From a virus (lineage: Duplodnaviria > Caudoviricetes), in the IMG/VR virus record IMGVR_UViG_3300031519_007166, positions 1 to 37,986 of that record: a stretch of DNA of 37,986 nucleotides, one strand, 5' to 3'. Under the pieces are notes generated by a model, which ran no database searches, was not told the origin of the DNA, and saw only the letters and a list, made by a program, of their open reading frames with translations. The position numbers were made by a program, and so were the translations under genes. Positions 12,401-21,127 of this stretch are shown here, piece by piece (positions within the stretch are counted from its first letter, which is position 1; every line of letters starts with the position of its first letter).

Positions 12401-15400
12401 TAATGTAGTGGCTTTACAAGGTTCTGATGCTGGATTTTTTAGTATTACTTACGATGCTACTGCTAATTCTGGTTCATTATCCTTGTTAAGTACTACTATT
12501 CTAGATTATGAAACTAAAACAGCTTACACAGCTACAGTGGTTGCACAACAAGACGGGGCAGCAACGTATACTGCAACAGATACATTTATAGTTAATATAA
12601 CTGATGTTGTTGAAGCTGTTGGTATACAAGCAATTCCTAGTAATATATTTATAGATGAAGGAACCTATAGCGATAAACAGTTTATTACTACACTTACATT
12701 TACAGATACTTCAGAGCATCCAGGTACTTTATCAGTTACTAATTTACAATATGTAACTGGAGAAGCATTATCAGCTACAGATAATTATGAAATTGTAGAT
12801 AATATTACGACTTCTCCTGACTTATATATATCTTCAGGGGTTACTTTAGATTATGAATCTCAATCATCTTATCAAATTTTAGTTAGCGGTTATCATGCTA
12901 GTGATACTACTCAGCTTTATGGGGCTTTAGTTACTATTCAAATTAGAGATGTAGATGAGCCACCCGTAATTACTTTTAATCCAACTTCTGCAATATTAAG
13001 TGAAAATATAGATACTTCATTTGGCGATGTTTATTTGTCACAAATTTTGTGTAGTGACGAAGATCCTGCAAATGTAGTTTTGTCTTTTGAAGGGGTTGAT
13101 TCATCTAATTTTGTTATAACTCCGGTTACTGTTTCTAGTAGTTCTAAGATTAATGTTCATGTGGCCAACTTATCTCTAAAAAGTGGAACCTCTTTATCTT
13201 TTAGTACTAAGAATTCTTACTCAGCAGGGGTTGTAGGTTTTGATGGTACTAGTAGAGGACCTACTGGAGTTTACAACTTAAATATTGATGAAAGTGATAT
13301 TTGTAATGTTGATGTTAGTGGAATAATTACTAATTGTACATGCTCCGATCTTACAGATGGTTCAGTAACACTGACTAATTTGAATTTTACAGGAACAAAT
13401 GCCGCCAGTTGTTTGTCTAATAATACTATTTATGTAGAATGGCCTGGTGTTGACTTAGGCAATATTAGTTCTGATAGAACACAATTAATAAATATGGGAG
13501 CAGGAACATATACTGCAAATATTTTTGTTACAGGAACAATACCAAATATGTCGCCACAATTTGTAAAATCAGCAGCATACACAGTTACAGCACCAGACCC
13601 ATTAACTATCACACAAATTGTTTCAGATAAAAACGAATGTTTATCTAGTGGTAATGTATCTATTACAGTTACTGGTGGGACTAAACCTTATAGTATATCT
13701 TATGCTGGTAATAATACTATTGTTAGTGGTGCAAGTAATACTGCTAATTTTCCTATTACTTTTGACACTTCAGGAATAATTACTATTACGGATAGCAATA
13801 ATTGTGAAACAACTGGAACTAATTCTATTGAGTTTGTTTTTGAAACTGCTAATCAATTTTATGAATATATTAATCAAACACCTCCTTTAATTCATGATAA
13901 TCTATTATCTAGTTTTTCTTTTAAAATTAGACATGGTGTTGGACCATACGAAATTAATATTTATGAAGATCCGAATAATGTGGGTGAAAAGGGTAATTTA
14001 ATATCTACTATCGATAAATACGATACAACAGTATTGGACGCAACAGAGTTGGATAATTTATATGTAGATGAATCTGGTAATCCTTTTATAAGTTTAGCAA
14101 CAACAGATACCGTCGTATATTCTTACGATATTGGTTCTAAAATATATCCTGGTAATTATGTTTTTGAATTTATTAATGAGGCTGGTTGTAAATTCGAAGT
14201 GCCTTTCCAAAACGCTTCGAACACACAACCCCTATCTGCTACTATACAAACAGTTAATAATAGTCCTTTTGAAATTGGTTTTAATACAGAATTAGAAAAC
14301 AATCTTAATACATTGTTTATTCCATATAATATGATTAAAAGAGATAATGATCTATTAAGTTATTTATCTAATATTACTCATGACACCGATATAAAATTAG
14401 AAATAAATGGCACAATTTACCAAAGAAAAGCATTGCATCCTGTGGCGAGTTGCGATAGTGATTCTATTTTTAATATTACTTTCTTAGGTCTTAAATCTAC
14501 AGAATGGTTTTATACCATGCCAATTTATCAAGGTTTTGACATTGATGATACTGATTTAGATATATTAAATAGCAATATTAAATTAGTATTCTCTGGTAAA
14601 AAAATTAATATAGTAACTAAATTCAATAATAACACTAGAACTATTAAATTGCTTAAAGGAGCTCTGTTAACTAGTAGTGAAAATATAGCTCAGTATGCTA
14701 CTAATAAACAGCTTGAATTAAATCAGTTCGATCTCGAAAGTTCTTCATTTATTAATTTGGCTGAAGCCACCATTGGAAGCTTTAAAACTTTGCATAACAA
14801 ATATGTAGCTGGCAGAATTTTCTATATTAATATATTAAATAATAGTAACGTTTCTCAACATATTAGTACATCTGATGTTTCTGCTATTGATTTTGATTGC
14901 AATTCTCAACAAAGATTTATTTTACAACACAAAGAATTTATTGAAAAATTAAATAACTTTGAAAATACTTTACTTTATGTAAGAAGAAAAAATTATGTAT
15001 TAAATAATGGCAGTATTAGTATGAGTATTTTGGGTGGATATCCTAAAGATAATAGTCCTGAATATGATATTTCTTATAAATTTTATGATAAAACAAATCG
15101 CAAACTTTCAGATGTAAATAAAAATAACTCACCTGTAACAGACCTATTTATAGGTAGTATTATAGATGGAGTTTATATAATTAAAATCAAAGATATTTAT
15201 GGTAATAAAATTAAAGTAGTTAACTTATTGAGTTATGATATTTTGTACACCTCTATGATAGATTATATTATTAACGAATTAAATACAACTAAAGAAGCTT
15301 TAAATTTTGAATATGGAGATTTATTAATTGTAATATATAATACTAATGATTTTGCAACAGATCCACCGGATTCTATTCCTGGAGAAGAAGTTGAGATTCC

Positions 15401-15803
15401 TGTAATTCCATCTTTACCAGTGTCTACTGGGGTTTCCACCAGCACTATACAAGTTTCACCAAATACCACATTAAACAACTCTATAACAATACAAACAGAG
15501 CCTATTTTTACTAAATATATTATTACAGGCCCATATGGATTTAATAAAGAATATGATGAAAGAACTATTTTAACACAACTACCTCCCGGTGTATATGATA
15601 TTGAAGGAAAAGCAGATGTTTTACGTAACAACTATCTATATCAAGATAAAAGATGTTTATTGATTACTGAATTTTCTAAAGAGTTTGTTTCTTTAAAATT
15701 TGAGTCTTATAGCGATAGGATAGTAATAGATAGTCCAGAATCTTCAACAAACAATAGTCAAGACGTTCAGGGTGGTACTAATACTGGCGGTGGTGGTTAT
15801 TAA
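6420..15803 (+). CDS. Giant cadherin-domain / SprB-repeat adhesin-like virion protein (3127 aa)
   Basis: Cadherin motifs LDFETK, LDYETK (x2), LDYES, DPD/DAD, DVNEAP/DVDEQP/DVDEPP. SprB-like motifs (GNVSITVTGGTKPYSISY...ITDSNNC). Large internal duplication; no evident signal peptide. Confidence 0.75.
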   Translation: MSIDKDNDDDKDKKINKKSLYDKIMNISDDEDIDFVTGDVYTSCILHFQKDSGAPGSFNTIIVTADIDYPTGQYCGFIYGQSQQSDSNGNMDDEFNPLNPVLYGFPSFISFANGSGPYGSEYGYTHITINPGIIDYESYATGTASRTFSGELRYPIDPCSSTFLQNNWVPLYIVLNNTNETGVLSTSEDSTPKCCIPSQESDGTSTIVGTATISDPDNYDPFRNYPSGNITLGGNYPERFYISNVATGVNGDVTVTVGIHAEYVVTPYCTQTQSVLIHATDALGISTNTGALGYNPQDLGYYQYDLCVVDKLRNDAPAGTEVGHVTLTRALGGYCDYSDAFPANIENRNSAQDYNNNFYTDPTIAYSGVRVPIFWNAPSNTLGNLSAGTNVAGDIKFSHGGFNLPGFNNFTCCGLREYVILGIEMEDPPEPLLTGVGPRIPFSGGFGNAGNSYAERLSSSKFAIFPRKTGNLNGGSNTKDYWASEDQYFYIYTTGQSELSGVVNPATTLNIGNAVGVDYDYGHILVNYSGDSNSNRFYNYSLTGASFTEETFLSSGLSQIIDLEYYGMTLILGSGEAYLYNVESQTEAAITYNLPSAMTGQVVQLTGSPSVRYLFPVGTYEPAHCSYPLIVSGIGTTIAGSSSPSINTGVHTSGSETIKGFVYSNNNKADIVSAGNKIVVGSVDSGTGVLYIIDKSNPSNVVRHEPPGGIDRRRLQHISLETSTTSCGDDDKIFFASHVTGEASYLYNIATSGGSDVDTHGSIIKQIIPPYTIGTAGTGGRSFLLAGDSGEQSGILLDNNTLQTEILTFKSGVDTPSGLHQYSDTIALGDTFYAIPKYTQNCFPSGNIIGFTSNTVGPTGIEINGDGVLKIDVFGESGIFEQTTTELTGVLNYNIVGDHFKHGNTVALSGDPIFMASGTCSHGSSSGLIYIKPGVVLDFETKNTYTGSISGYDPFLGSPYVSTDFVVNILNVDDPPTGIFLSGNFPIFNSVSTVEITGNNTITGTVNQNHNFGGSDLKILDFTILDADTTSINTNLVELSGTNASDFYVANLLESGIIQTGELYLKQSVSLTGFPQAQKEVIILSKKSGTSINTATGIFLLDVLDVNEAPDISIVTGTVCVRDIESTNQLTATISGTDPDNVTDIFRQHQYSLQGAQASRFQLQNINTGTQPSTADLYLLAGNTTTSTVDVVIRDMNANGLSVTGSFSITPQDPITLASPTTSCFLSTIPLNTASGALLGYATFSSGNIGATSPCTGWSSFTLSQNDTNEAIAFDTGSTNPFSHIKATWRPPSIFGAGSILDGNLSVNHDTFNVVGTDKCCGITGEVPTTYLTIGPAYVPYLTGVGPTLPFSGGAGNVELSYAESLSSDKFAIFPRASGGASEDQYFYMYTVGEVGLTGVVHPSVTLDIKQGVAFTGDGGHALLSYSGDSDNTRFYDYSLTGNNFTAQTFLSNGLSQIINLNDRMALIIGTGSASIYDVATAQNASVTYNLPSNITGQVSVVSGAGTDYLIFPLGSYVPAEFNYPAVLSGVHATDISSTSASLNTGVNLANSYAISGHVHSYDNRADIVETDTQVIIGSVQNSNNGVLYFYDKSTGAITSHDPTGLVDRRRLQVVRSGCAVLYASHDVTGQHFIWDTVISSGHFIDSSGVVERVALSTTEHRSFLLGEHGTSGTILNNIDYTSSDLTFDSLGEYSDIISKSGIFYAIPKHPYGDFPSGNIIGFSTTTVASTGIELLGSFAVNETVVSGSANQATTGLIEIGTYSILDDEFSGGSIVGFPANLGEDQNVFTVIGTTTGTIFLKSGVFLDYETKNSYTGFITGVDPFLGGTPFIESFVLNINDVDEQPTSISMVSSSGLISQSINTSTGLFLEIFNITDPDSTGNTNLVDLAGADAASFFIGGINQETQVGGLYLATGIALDSSIQDTYTVNLLVRQSGTVDYTDITTFTLHVLDDPPTGITFTPTSISILETYNFGDTNLKVADFVLLDPDTTINNVVALQGSDAGFFSITYDATANSGSLSLLSTTILDYETKTAYTATVVAQQDGAATYTATDTFIVNITDVVEAVGIQAIPSNIFIDEGTYSDKQFITTLTFTDTSEHPGTLSVTNLQYVTGEALSATDNYEIVDNITTSPDLYISSGVTLDYESQSSYQILVSGYHASDTTQLYGALVTIQIRDVDEPPVITFNPTSAILSENIDTSFGDVYLSQILCSDEDPANVVLSFEGVDSSNFVITPVTVSSSSKINVHVANLSLKSGTSLSFSTKNSYSAGVVGFDGTSRGPTGVYNLNIDESDICNVDVSGIITNCTCSDLTDGSVTLTNLNFTGTNAASCLSNNTIYVEWPGVDLGNISSDRTQLINMGAGTYTANIFVTGTIPNMSPQFVKSAAYTVTAPDPLTITQIVSDKNECLSSGNVSITVTGGTKPYSISYAGNNTIVSGASNTANFPITFDTSGIITITDSNNCETTGTNSIEFVFETANQFYEYINQTPPLIHDNLLSSFSFKIRHGVGPYEINIYEDPNNVGEKGNLISTIDKYDTTVLDATELDNLYVDESGNPFISLATTDTVVYSYDIGSKIYPGNYVFEFINEAGCKFEVPFQNASNTQPLSATIQTVNNSPFEIGFNTELENNLNTLFIPYNMIKRDNDLLSYLSNITHDTDIKLEINGTIYQRKALHPVASCDSDSIFNITFLGLKSTEWFYTMPIYQGFDIDDTDLDILNSNIKLVFSGKKINIVTKFNNNTRTIKLLKGALLTSSENIAQYATNKQLELNQFDLESSSFINLAEATIGSFKTLHNKYVAGRIFYINILNNSNVSQHISTSDVSAIDFDCNSQQRFILQHKEFIEKLNNFENTLLYVRRKNYVLNNGSISMSILGGYPKDNSPEYDISYKFYDKTNRKLSDVNKNNSPVTDLFIGSIIDGVYIIKIKDIYGNKIKVVNLLSYDILYTSMIDYIINELNTTKEALNFEYGDLLIVIYNTNDFATDPPDSIPGEEVEIPVIPSLPVSTGVSTSTIQVSPNTTLNNSITIQTEPIFTKYIITGPYGFNKEYDERTILTQLPPGVYDIEGKADVLRNNYLYQDKRCLLITEFSKEFVSLKFESYSDRIVIDSPESSTNNSQDVQGGTNTGGGGY
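7330..12290 (+). repeat. Diverged intragenic duplication: approx. 7330-9750 versus 10080-12290
   Basis: LTGVGPxxPFSGG, LSSxKFAIFPR, ASEDQYFYxYT, DRRRLQ, FPSGNIIGF, LD[FY]ETKN and DPFLG each occur twice in the same order, about 2.6-2.75 kb apart. Boundaries are approximate. Confidence 0.9.
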
Positions 15804-15818
15804 TTAAAAGGATAAAAT

Positions 15819-18800
15819 ATGGCTTGTCAAACAGTAAATACTGATTTTATATTTAAAGGAATTGGGCCGGGATCTGGTGATTTAATCAGAGACCCTGATG
15901 GTAACATTCCAGAAGGAGGTGGTAAAAGTTATTTGCTTAATTTTACAAGCACTTTAGGAATAGGTAGTGAACCATCTACTTTAGCATTAGAATTTGCTGG
16001 TAAATGGTCGAAGACATGGGATCATTGTGGTCTACCTTGTGAGTTTGTGTGTAACAATTTTCAATTTGGTGGTTTTATTAAAAGTATTACCCATAGCGAA
16101 GGTAGTAGTGGTTGGAAAACTAAATTTACTTGTCAAGATCCTAAAGAACTACTGTCAGATTTTGATCTACTTTTTAATAGATATTACTGTCAATTAGGAA
16201 TATGGCCTAGTGATCAACAACTTGGAAATCCTCATAATTTTAAAAATGTTCATAATTTAATAGAGGGAGATTCTATATATTGTCCCCCTCAGGGAGCAGT
16301 TTATTTTAATAAACCTATGGGACGAGATATAGCACCTATGGGAAGGCTTTCTCCAGATGGTTGTGCTACTTTTGGAAGTTCTAGTCCTGGAGTTAGTCAT
16401 GGAACTACTACATATTTAAAAGCATTAGAAAAACTATGCTCAGGAAAAGGAATTCCTTATGTTAGTATGAGAGGAGAAGGCAATATATTTGCTAATCTAA
16501 AAGTTGATTTAAGTCGTATCAGAAATTTAGCTGAAACAATACCTTATGCTGGTACAAATGCTAGTAAAATGACATTATTAGAATTAGTTCAAAATGTGTG
16601 TGATGAAGCTGGTTGCGATTTTACTTGTGGAGTTCATGATGGTTTATCTATTGGTTTTGGTATTATTGACAGAAGAAGCGATCCTGGATTTGGATATATA
16701 CAAAATATGATAAACAGAGCCAGAGCTAGTAATAAAGATGTTAGTTCTAATGTAGGAGCAGAAGTAAAAAGACAAAAAACTAATCGTGTTGTTATTGGTA
16801 GTAATGTAGAGTATATTCATGAGTTTAATGATCAGACAACACCAGGAAAAGGACTTTTTGTTCTAGGATTTAATCCACTAAATGGATATCCTATTACATC
16901 AGACCAACCAGGCTTTACTATATCTAATTATCCTGCTTATGACCTTCAGCAAAGTCTAGCTACTGTTGGATTTAGTGTTCCTAATAATTGTTTGTTGCAT
17001 GAAACTGAACTATTATCTACTGGTAGTTTAGCTATGTGGAAAGCTTATGGATATAGGTATACAAATAGTGTGTCACGTTTTTTAATGAATGCTTTAGGTA
17101 TTTATAGAAGTGACGCATCTAATAGTGTTAATACTGGTTTACAGATGTGTTCGACAGATATAACAGCAGGCAGTAGGCTGGTTGTTGAAGCTCTTAAAAG
17201 TAGCACAAAAAGAAGTTTTGGTGCTTTAGCTTATGATCAAATAGCTTATAAGTGGATAAAAAATATATACGATCAATATTATGGCAAATATTATCTTAGC
17301 ATAATAGATAGAGCAACTTGTATTAATGACAGAACAGGTTTGATAAATTCTGGGCTTTCAAAAGGAGGAAATAGTGGTGGTAAGAAAATAGCTGATCATC
17401 CTGTTCAGGCTGCCTATCCAGATTTTGAGAGTAGTTGTATTGGAACATCTTATCTTTTTCCCTTTATTAATGGTGAAGGTAAATTGAATGCTTTTGTTAG
17501 AATTCCTATAGGCGATACAATGTTTAGATTTTGGAGTGGTGGTAGATTTAATTATCAGTTTGACCCCAGTAAGATTAATCAAGATTATTCTATTGACAAT
17601 GGCAATGTATATACAAAAGTAGAAATTGATGGCAGGATGTGGAGTTATAATGACAACACCAGCTTAGGAATATTAACTAAAATGCCTTCAATGTTAAGTC
17701 AAAAATCTTTAATGGTTAATGGTTTTCATGAGGGGTTGAGATGTATTGGATTATTAAGAGGAGACTCTCCGGGGCTGGATCCTGGTGGGCAAGGTACTAG
17801 AAATCATTCTCATTTAAATGTATTAAAAGAACAAGACGCTGCTGGTAGATTTCATTCAATTGCTATTCCTTTTAAGAGTAGTGTTTATTCATATGGTCCT
17901 TATCTTGGGTCTTCAGGAGAGCCTGGAGGTACGGATATACAAGTAATAGAAGATTTAAATCCTTGGACATATGGGGGATATTCTAACATGATTATGGTTG
18001 GGAACAATTTAGCCCAACAAGGTCTTCCTTATAGAACTAAGTATGAATCTGGTAGTGTCACTATTGCTGAAACACCTTTTGAAAGTTTAGGAGCTGGAGA
18101 AGTAGGACTTAATGCTCTTGTAACAAGTGTAGTTACTAAATTTGGTGCTGGCGGTGCTACAACAACATATAATTTTCAAGCATATACTCCTAAGTTTGGA
18201 ACTAGTGCTGTGAGATTTGCTGAAATAATAAAACAAAATGTTAGTAATCGTAGAGATAATTATAATCATTTTAATGATTTAAGGATGCAACAAGTAGGAG
18301 CAATGAACGATTCATATGCTAGTCTTGCTAGTATACGTCAAGCTTTTAATGATGATGCTAATAAACCTTTAAGTACAAGTAGTGCTAGTATAAATCAAAT
18401 TATGTATTTAAGTTATCCTCAACAAATTACTAGACCTTTTCATAATAGTCGAGCTGGCGGTCAAGGCAATGCTAATGCTGGACAAAGTGGTAGTCAACTG
18501 TCTAGTTGTGAAGAATTAAAAGACGGGAATCCACCACAAGGGAGTATAGGAAATACAAGTCCTGGAGCTGGAGTCAGTAGTAGTCAAGATTATAGAATGG
18601 AAGTCGGTATAGATAAAACTTATTCATCAGATTATTTTACAGATGGGTTTAATTTTAGTCAGTATTCCGTTGTATCATTAGATATGCTATTCACTCCTGT
18701 AGCAAATTATCCTACTTCTTCTATGCCGGGATTAGCACAATGGCCTGGAGGTACTTGGAGTTATCATACTAATACATCTGTAGGATCTATGCCTCCTTTT

Positions 18801-19994
18801 ATGGCTAATGGAAGTCTACAAGGAGCAGCCTCAATTACTAGTACTACTCTTAATCCTTATTCTACGAGAGCATATATGGGTGCTTGGGATGGAAGACAAA
18901 ACAATTCAAGTATGGGTGTGTCAGTAGAATTTTTATCTTATGGAGATGATCCTGGGAATGTATTTGCTGGTACTATTGGTCAAAAAAGTGCTAGACAAAA
19001 TAATTCACAGATGAGAGGTGCTGCATTAAGAGGGCCATTAATGTTACACTCTTGGGGATATGACACTAATGGTAAACCTATTCCAAATTCTAATGATGGA
19101 GCTGGTAATGCTCAAAATGGTTATTTTAATGCTAGTGGCGCTACTATGAAATTTATGTCTAATTGGATGGGGGCTCCTGATACTTGGCCTGTTGGACCTA
19201 TTGACTTAAGGTGGGATAGGCATAGAGGAGTATGGGTATCACCTCCTGCTGAAAGATTAGTACTAGCACAGCTAATACAAGATTTACCTTGGGGGGGAAC
19301 AGCCGAAGCACAACTTGTAGACACTCAAGGTAATTGGATTCCTCCTACTTGGAGTGGTAATAATGGAGGAACTGTAAGAGGAAATGCTAAAGCTGCTAGA
19401 ATTACTTTATGGGATTGTGTAGGTAGACCTATTAATAAAGGTTCGATTGTCATCGCATATCATACTCAAGGAGGTGGAGGGGCACATTATGTACCTTTAA
19501 TGGTTGGAGATAGATATTATAAAGATCCTGGAGTGAATACTTGTTGTGTTGGACAAGTAGCCGAAGGTAGATGTGAGCCTATGGATACTGATACTTGTGA
19601 GTTTTGGACAAATGGAATGATCAGTACCTCGAACAGTATACTGCTTAAAGCATTAAGTGTAACTCAACAACCAGTATTATATGATGTACAAGATATGTTT
19701 CATTTCCCATTACTTAGTCAATTAGCATCTAAATATCCAGAGAAAGCTGGAGAAGACTTTGTACTGGTTGCTAAAAAGACTAATAAAATGGGTCTACCTT
19801 GTTTTGATGGTATACCTATGGCAAATTGCTCAGGGACCTATCCTGGAGGAAGCCCTGGAACTACACCTTTGGCACCTAAAGTTTCTTCAGTACAAACTTC
19901 AGATTCAGTGGATCGGTTTGGCAACTTTGGAGGTGGAGGCTCAACCGATACTTTCCAGGGTGGTGGAGGCTCAGGAGGAGCTAGTAGTTACTAA
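15819..19994 (+). CDS. Probable baseplate hub / central tail-tip protein (1391 aa)
   Basis: N-terminal pattern (STLALEF...FQFGGFIKSITHS...TCQDPKELL...LLELVQNVCDEAGCDF) resembles gp27/Tal-type hub domains. Last gene of the tail module; AAGGA RBS. Confidence 0.55.
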   Translation: MACQTVNTDFIFKGIGPGSGDLIRDPDGNIPEGGGKSYLLNFTSTLGIGSEPSTLALEFAGKWSKTWDHCGLPCEFVCNNFQFGGFIKSITHSEGSSGWKTKFTCQDPKELLSDFDLLFNRYYCQLGIWPSDQQLGNPHNFKNVHNLIEGDSIYCPPQGAVYFNKPMGRDIAPMGRLSPDGCATFGSSSPGVSHGTTTYLKALEKLCSGKGIPYVSMRGEGNIFANLKVDLSRIRNLAETIPYAGTNASKMTLLELVQNVCDEAGCDFTCGVHDGLSIGFGIIDRRSDPGFGYIQNMINRARASNKDVSSNVGAEVKRQKTNRVVIGSNVEYIHEFNDQTTPGKGLFVLGFNPLNGYPITSDQPGFTISNYPAYDLQQSLATVGFSVPNNCLLHETELLSTGSLAMWKAYGYRYTNSVSRFLMNALGIYRSDASNSVNTGLQMCSTDITAGSRLVVEALKSSTKRSFGALAYDQIAYKWIKNIYDQYYGKYYLSIIDRATCINDRTGLINSGLSKGGNSGGKKIADHPVQAAYPDFESSCIGTSYLFPFINGEGKLNAFVRIPIGDTMFRFWSGGRFNYQFDPSKINQDYSIDNGNVYTKVEIDGRMWSYNDNTSLGILTKMPSMLSQKSLMVNGFHEGLRCIGLLRGDSPGLDPGGQGTRNHSHLNVLKEQDAAGRFHSIAIPFKSSVYSYGPYLGSSGEPGGTDIQVIEDLNPWTYGGYSNMIMVGNNLAQQGLPYRTKYESGSVTIAETPFESLGAGEVGLNALVTSVVTKFGAGGATTTYNFQAYTPKFGTSAVRFAEIIKQNVSNRRDNYNHFNDLRMQQVGAMNDSYASLASIRQAFNDDANKPLSTSSASINQIMYLSYPQQITRPFHNSRAGGQGNANAGQSGSQLSSCEELKDGNPPQGSIGNTSPGAGVSSSQDYRMEVGIDKTYSSDYFTDGFNFSQYSVVSLDMLFTPVANYPTSSMPGLAQWPGGTWSYHTNTSVGSMPPFMANGSLQGAASITSTTLNPYSTRAYMGAWDGRQNNSSMGVSVEFLSYGDDPGNVFAGTIGQKSARQNNSQMRGAALRGPLMLHSWGYDTNGKPIPNSNDGAGNAQNGYFNASGATMKFMSNWMGAPDTWPVGPIDLRWDRHRGVWVSPPAERLVLAQLIQDLPWGGTAEAQLVDTQGNWIPPTWSGNNGGTVRGNAKAARITLWDCVGRPINKGSIVIAYHTQGGGGAHYVPLMVGDRYYKDPGVNTCCVGQVAEGRCEPMDTDTCEFWTNGMISTSNSILLKALSVTQQPVLYDVQDMFHFPLLSQLASKYPEKAGEDFVLVAKKTNKMGLPCFDGIPMANCSGTYPGGSPGTTPLAPKVSSVQTSDSVDRFGNFGGGGSTDTFQGGGGSGGASSY

Positions 19995-20000
19995 CTACTA
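19982..20000. terminator. Perfect 19-bp palindrome at the convergence of the two modules (possible bidirectional terminator or protein-binding site)
   Basis: tagtagtta-c-taactacta overlaps the stop codon at 19992-19994. AT-rich, no clear U-tract. Confidence 0.3.
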
Positions 20001-20005
20001 ACTTA

Positions 20006-20806
20006 TTATAGTGGAAATACGCCTTCATCTAAAGCATCTAATATTGCTCTTGAGATTGGAAAGGCTGGGTAGTTTGAATCTCCAGCCATATAAACTTGTC
20101 CCTTACCTACTATCTCTCCGACAATACTAGCACCTCCGGGAGAACCAAATTTATTATTGGCAGGGATCTCGCATGGAGGAGCAGTAAGCAGAGTAGTACC
20201 TCCTCTGAATACACTAGTAGCTCCACCACTATGAATAATATTAGGCAGATCTCTTGTTGCCCTAACAGACTTATTTACAACACCATCCCATCCATGAGGC
20301 CCACTACAAGCATAGCTTCCACTCCAACTGACTGCTTCATCAGCGGCTGTAAAATTCCCAGGGGACATTCTTATTGTTGATCCGATTGTGCTAAATAGGC
20401 TATTTGTTTTAGTTCTTTCACCTTCAGGAAAGATAGGAATGTATTCTGCACCCATCATTAAAATACCTCCTTCATTAACAAATTCAGACCATATAGACTC
20501 ATCATAAGTAGCAGTAGCGATATTTGATCTGCCAGTTCCGAATGCAAAAATACAAATTTTGTTGAGATCATTTAATTCTCCGACTGGTAAAAATTGGAGG
20601 CCGTTATTTACATTATCTCCAACTGCGTTATGCACACCCCAAAACGCTGCTCCCCCTCCGGTCCCAGACCAGTAGGGCCTATCTTTGCAGGGATTTGTAG
20701 CGCAACAACATCCTACCTCATCTGGTGTAGTTCCACCTGCCACAAAAGATTGAGGACTCAAACCAACTCTTCGCTCCGATCCTTTGCCACTAGCAAATAT
20801 ATACAT
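20006..20806 (-). CDS. Hypothetical protein (266 aa) with N-terminal CCC motif and class-I-GATase-like (DUF4350-type) domain
   Basis: GCCCATNPC; FVNEGGILMMGAE and GKGQVYMAGDSN match the non-catalytic GATase-like fold pattern. Confidence 0.5.
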   Translation of the reverse strand: MYIFASGKGSERRVGLSPQSFVAGGTTPDEVGCCCATNPCKDRPYWSGTGGGAAFWGVHNAVGDNVNNGLQFLPVGELNDLNKICIFAFGTGRSNIATATYDESIWSEFVNEGGILMMGAEYIPIFPEGERTKTNSLFSTIGSTIRMSPGNFTAADEAVSWSGSYACSGPHGWDGVVNKSVRATRDLPNIIHSGGATSVFRGGTTLLTAPPCEIPANNKFGSPGGASIVGEIVGKGQVYMAGDSNYPAFPISRAILDALDEGVFPL

Positions 20807-20809
20807 AGC

Positions 20810-21127
20810 TTAATTACCTTGCCACTTGTACCATCCTCTGTTGGGAAGATATTCTCCTTTTTCGTCTTTTCGTTTAGGGAAAAGGGTACCACCCTTTTTA
20901 TGCTGACCGAAAGCTAAATTAGCACCACACTTGGTACATTTTAATTCATAATAATCATTACTTTCGACACTTCTTACAGCAAATCTTAAATTGGTATTTT
21001 TACACATTCCACATTCTGCTTCTCCAAAGATTTCTTGGATAGAAGATAGCTTTTTAAAAATTTCTTTCTGACCATCTTCTTCAATTTCACACTGCATTTT
21101 GTCGCTAATTTTATATGTAATTTTCAT
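20810..21127 (-). CDS. Zinc-ribbon hypothetical protein (105 aa)
   Basis: CGMC...CTKC; ATGA overlap with the upstream gene. Confidence 0.7.
   Translation of the reverse strand: MKITYKISDKMQCEIEEDGQKEIFKKLSSIQEIFGEAECGMCKNTNLRFAVRSVESNDYYELKCTKCGANLAFGQHKKGGTLFPKRKDEKGEYLPNRGWYKWQGN

Noticed and set aside
19925-19980. Direct repeat ggtggaggctca
   Set aside because: Simply encodes the Gly/Ser-rich C-terminus.
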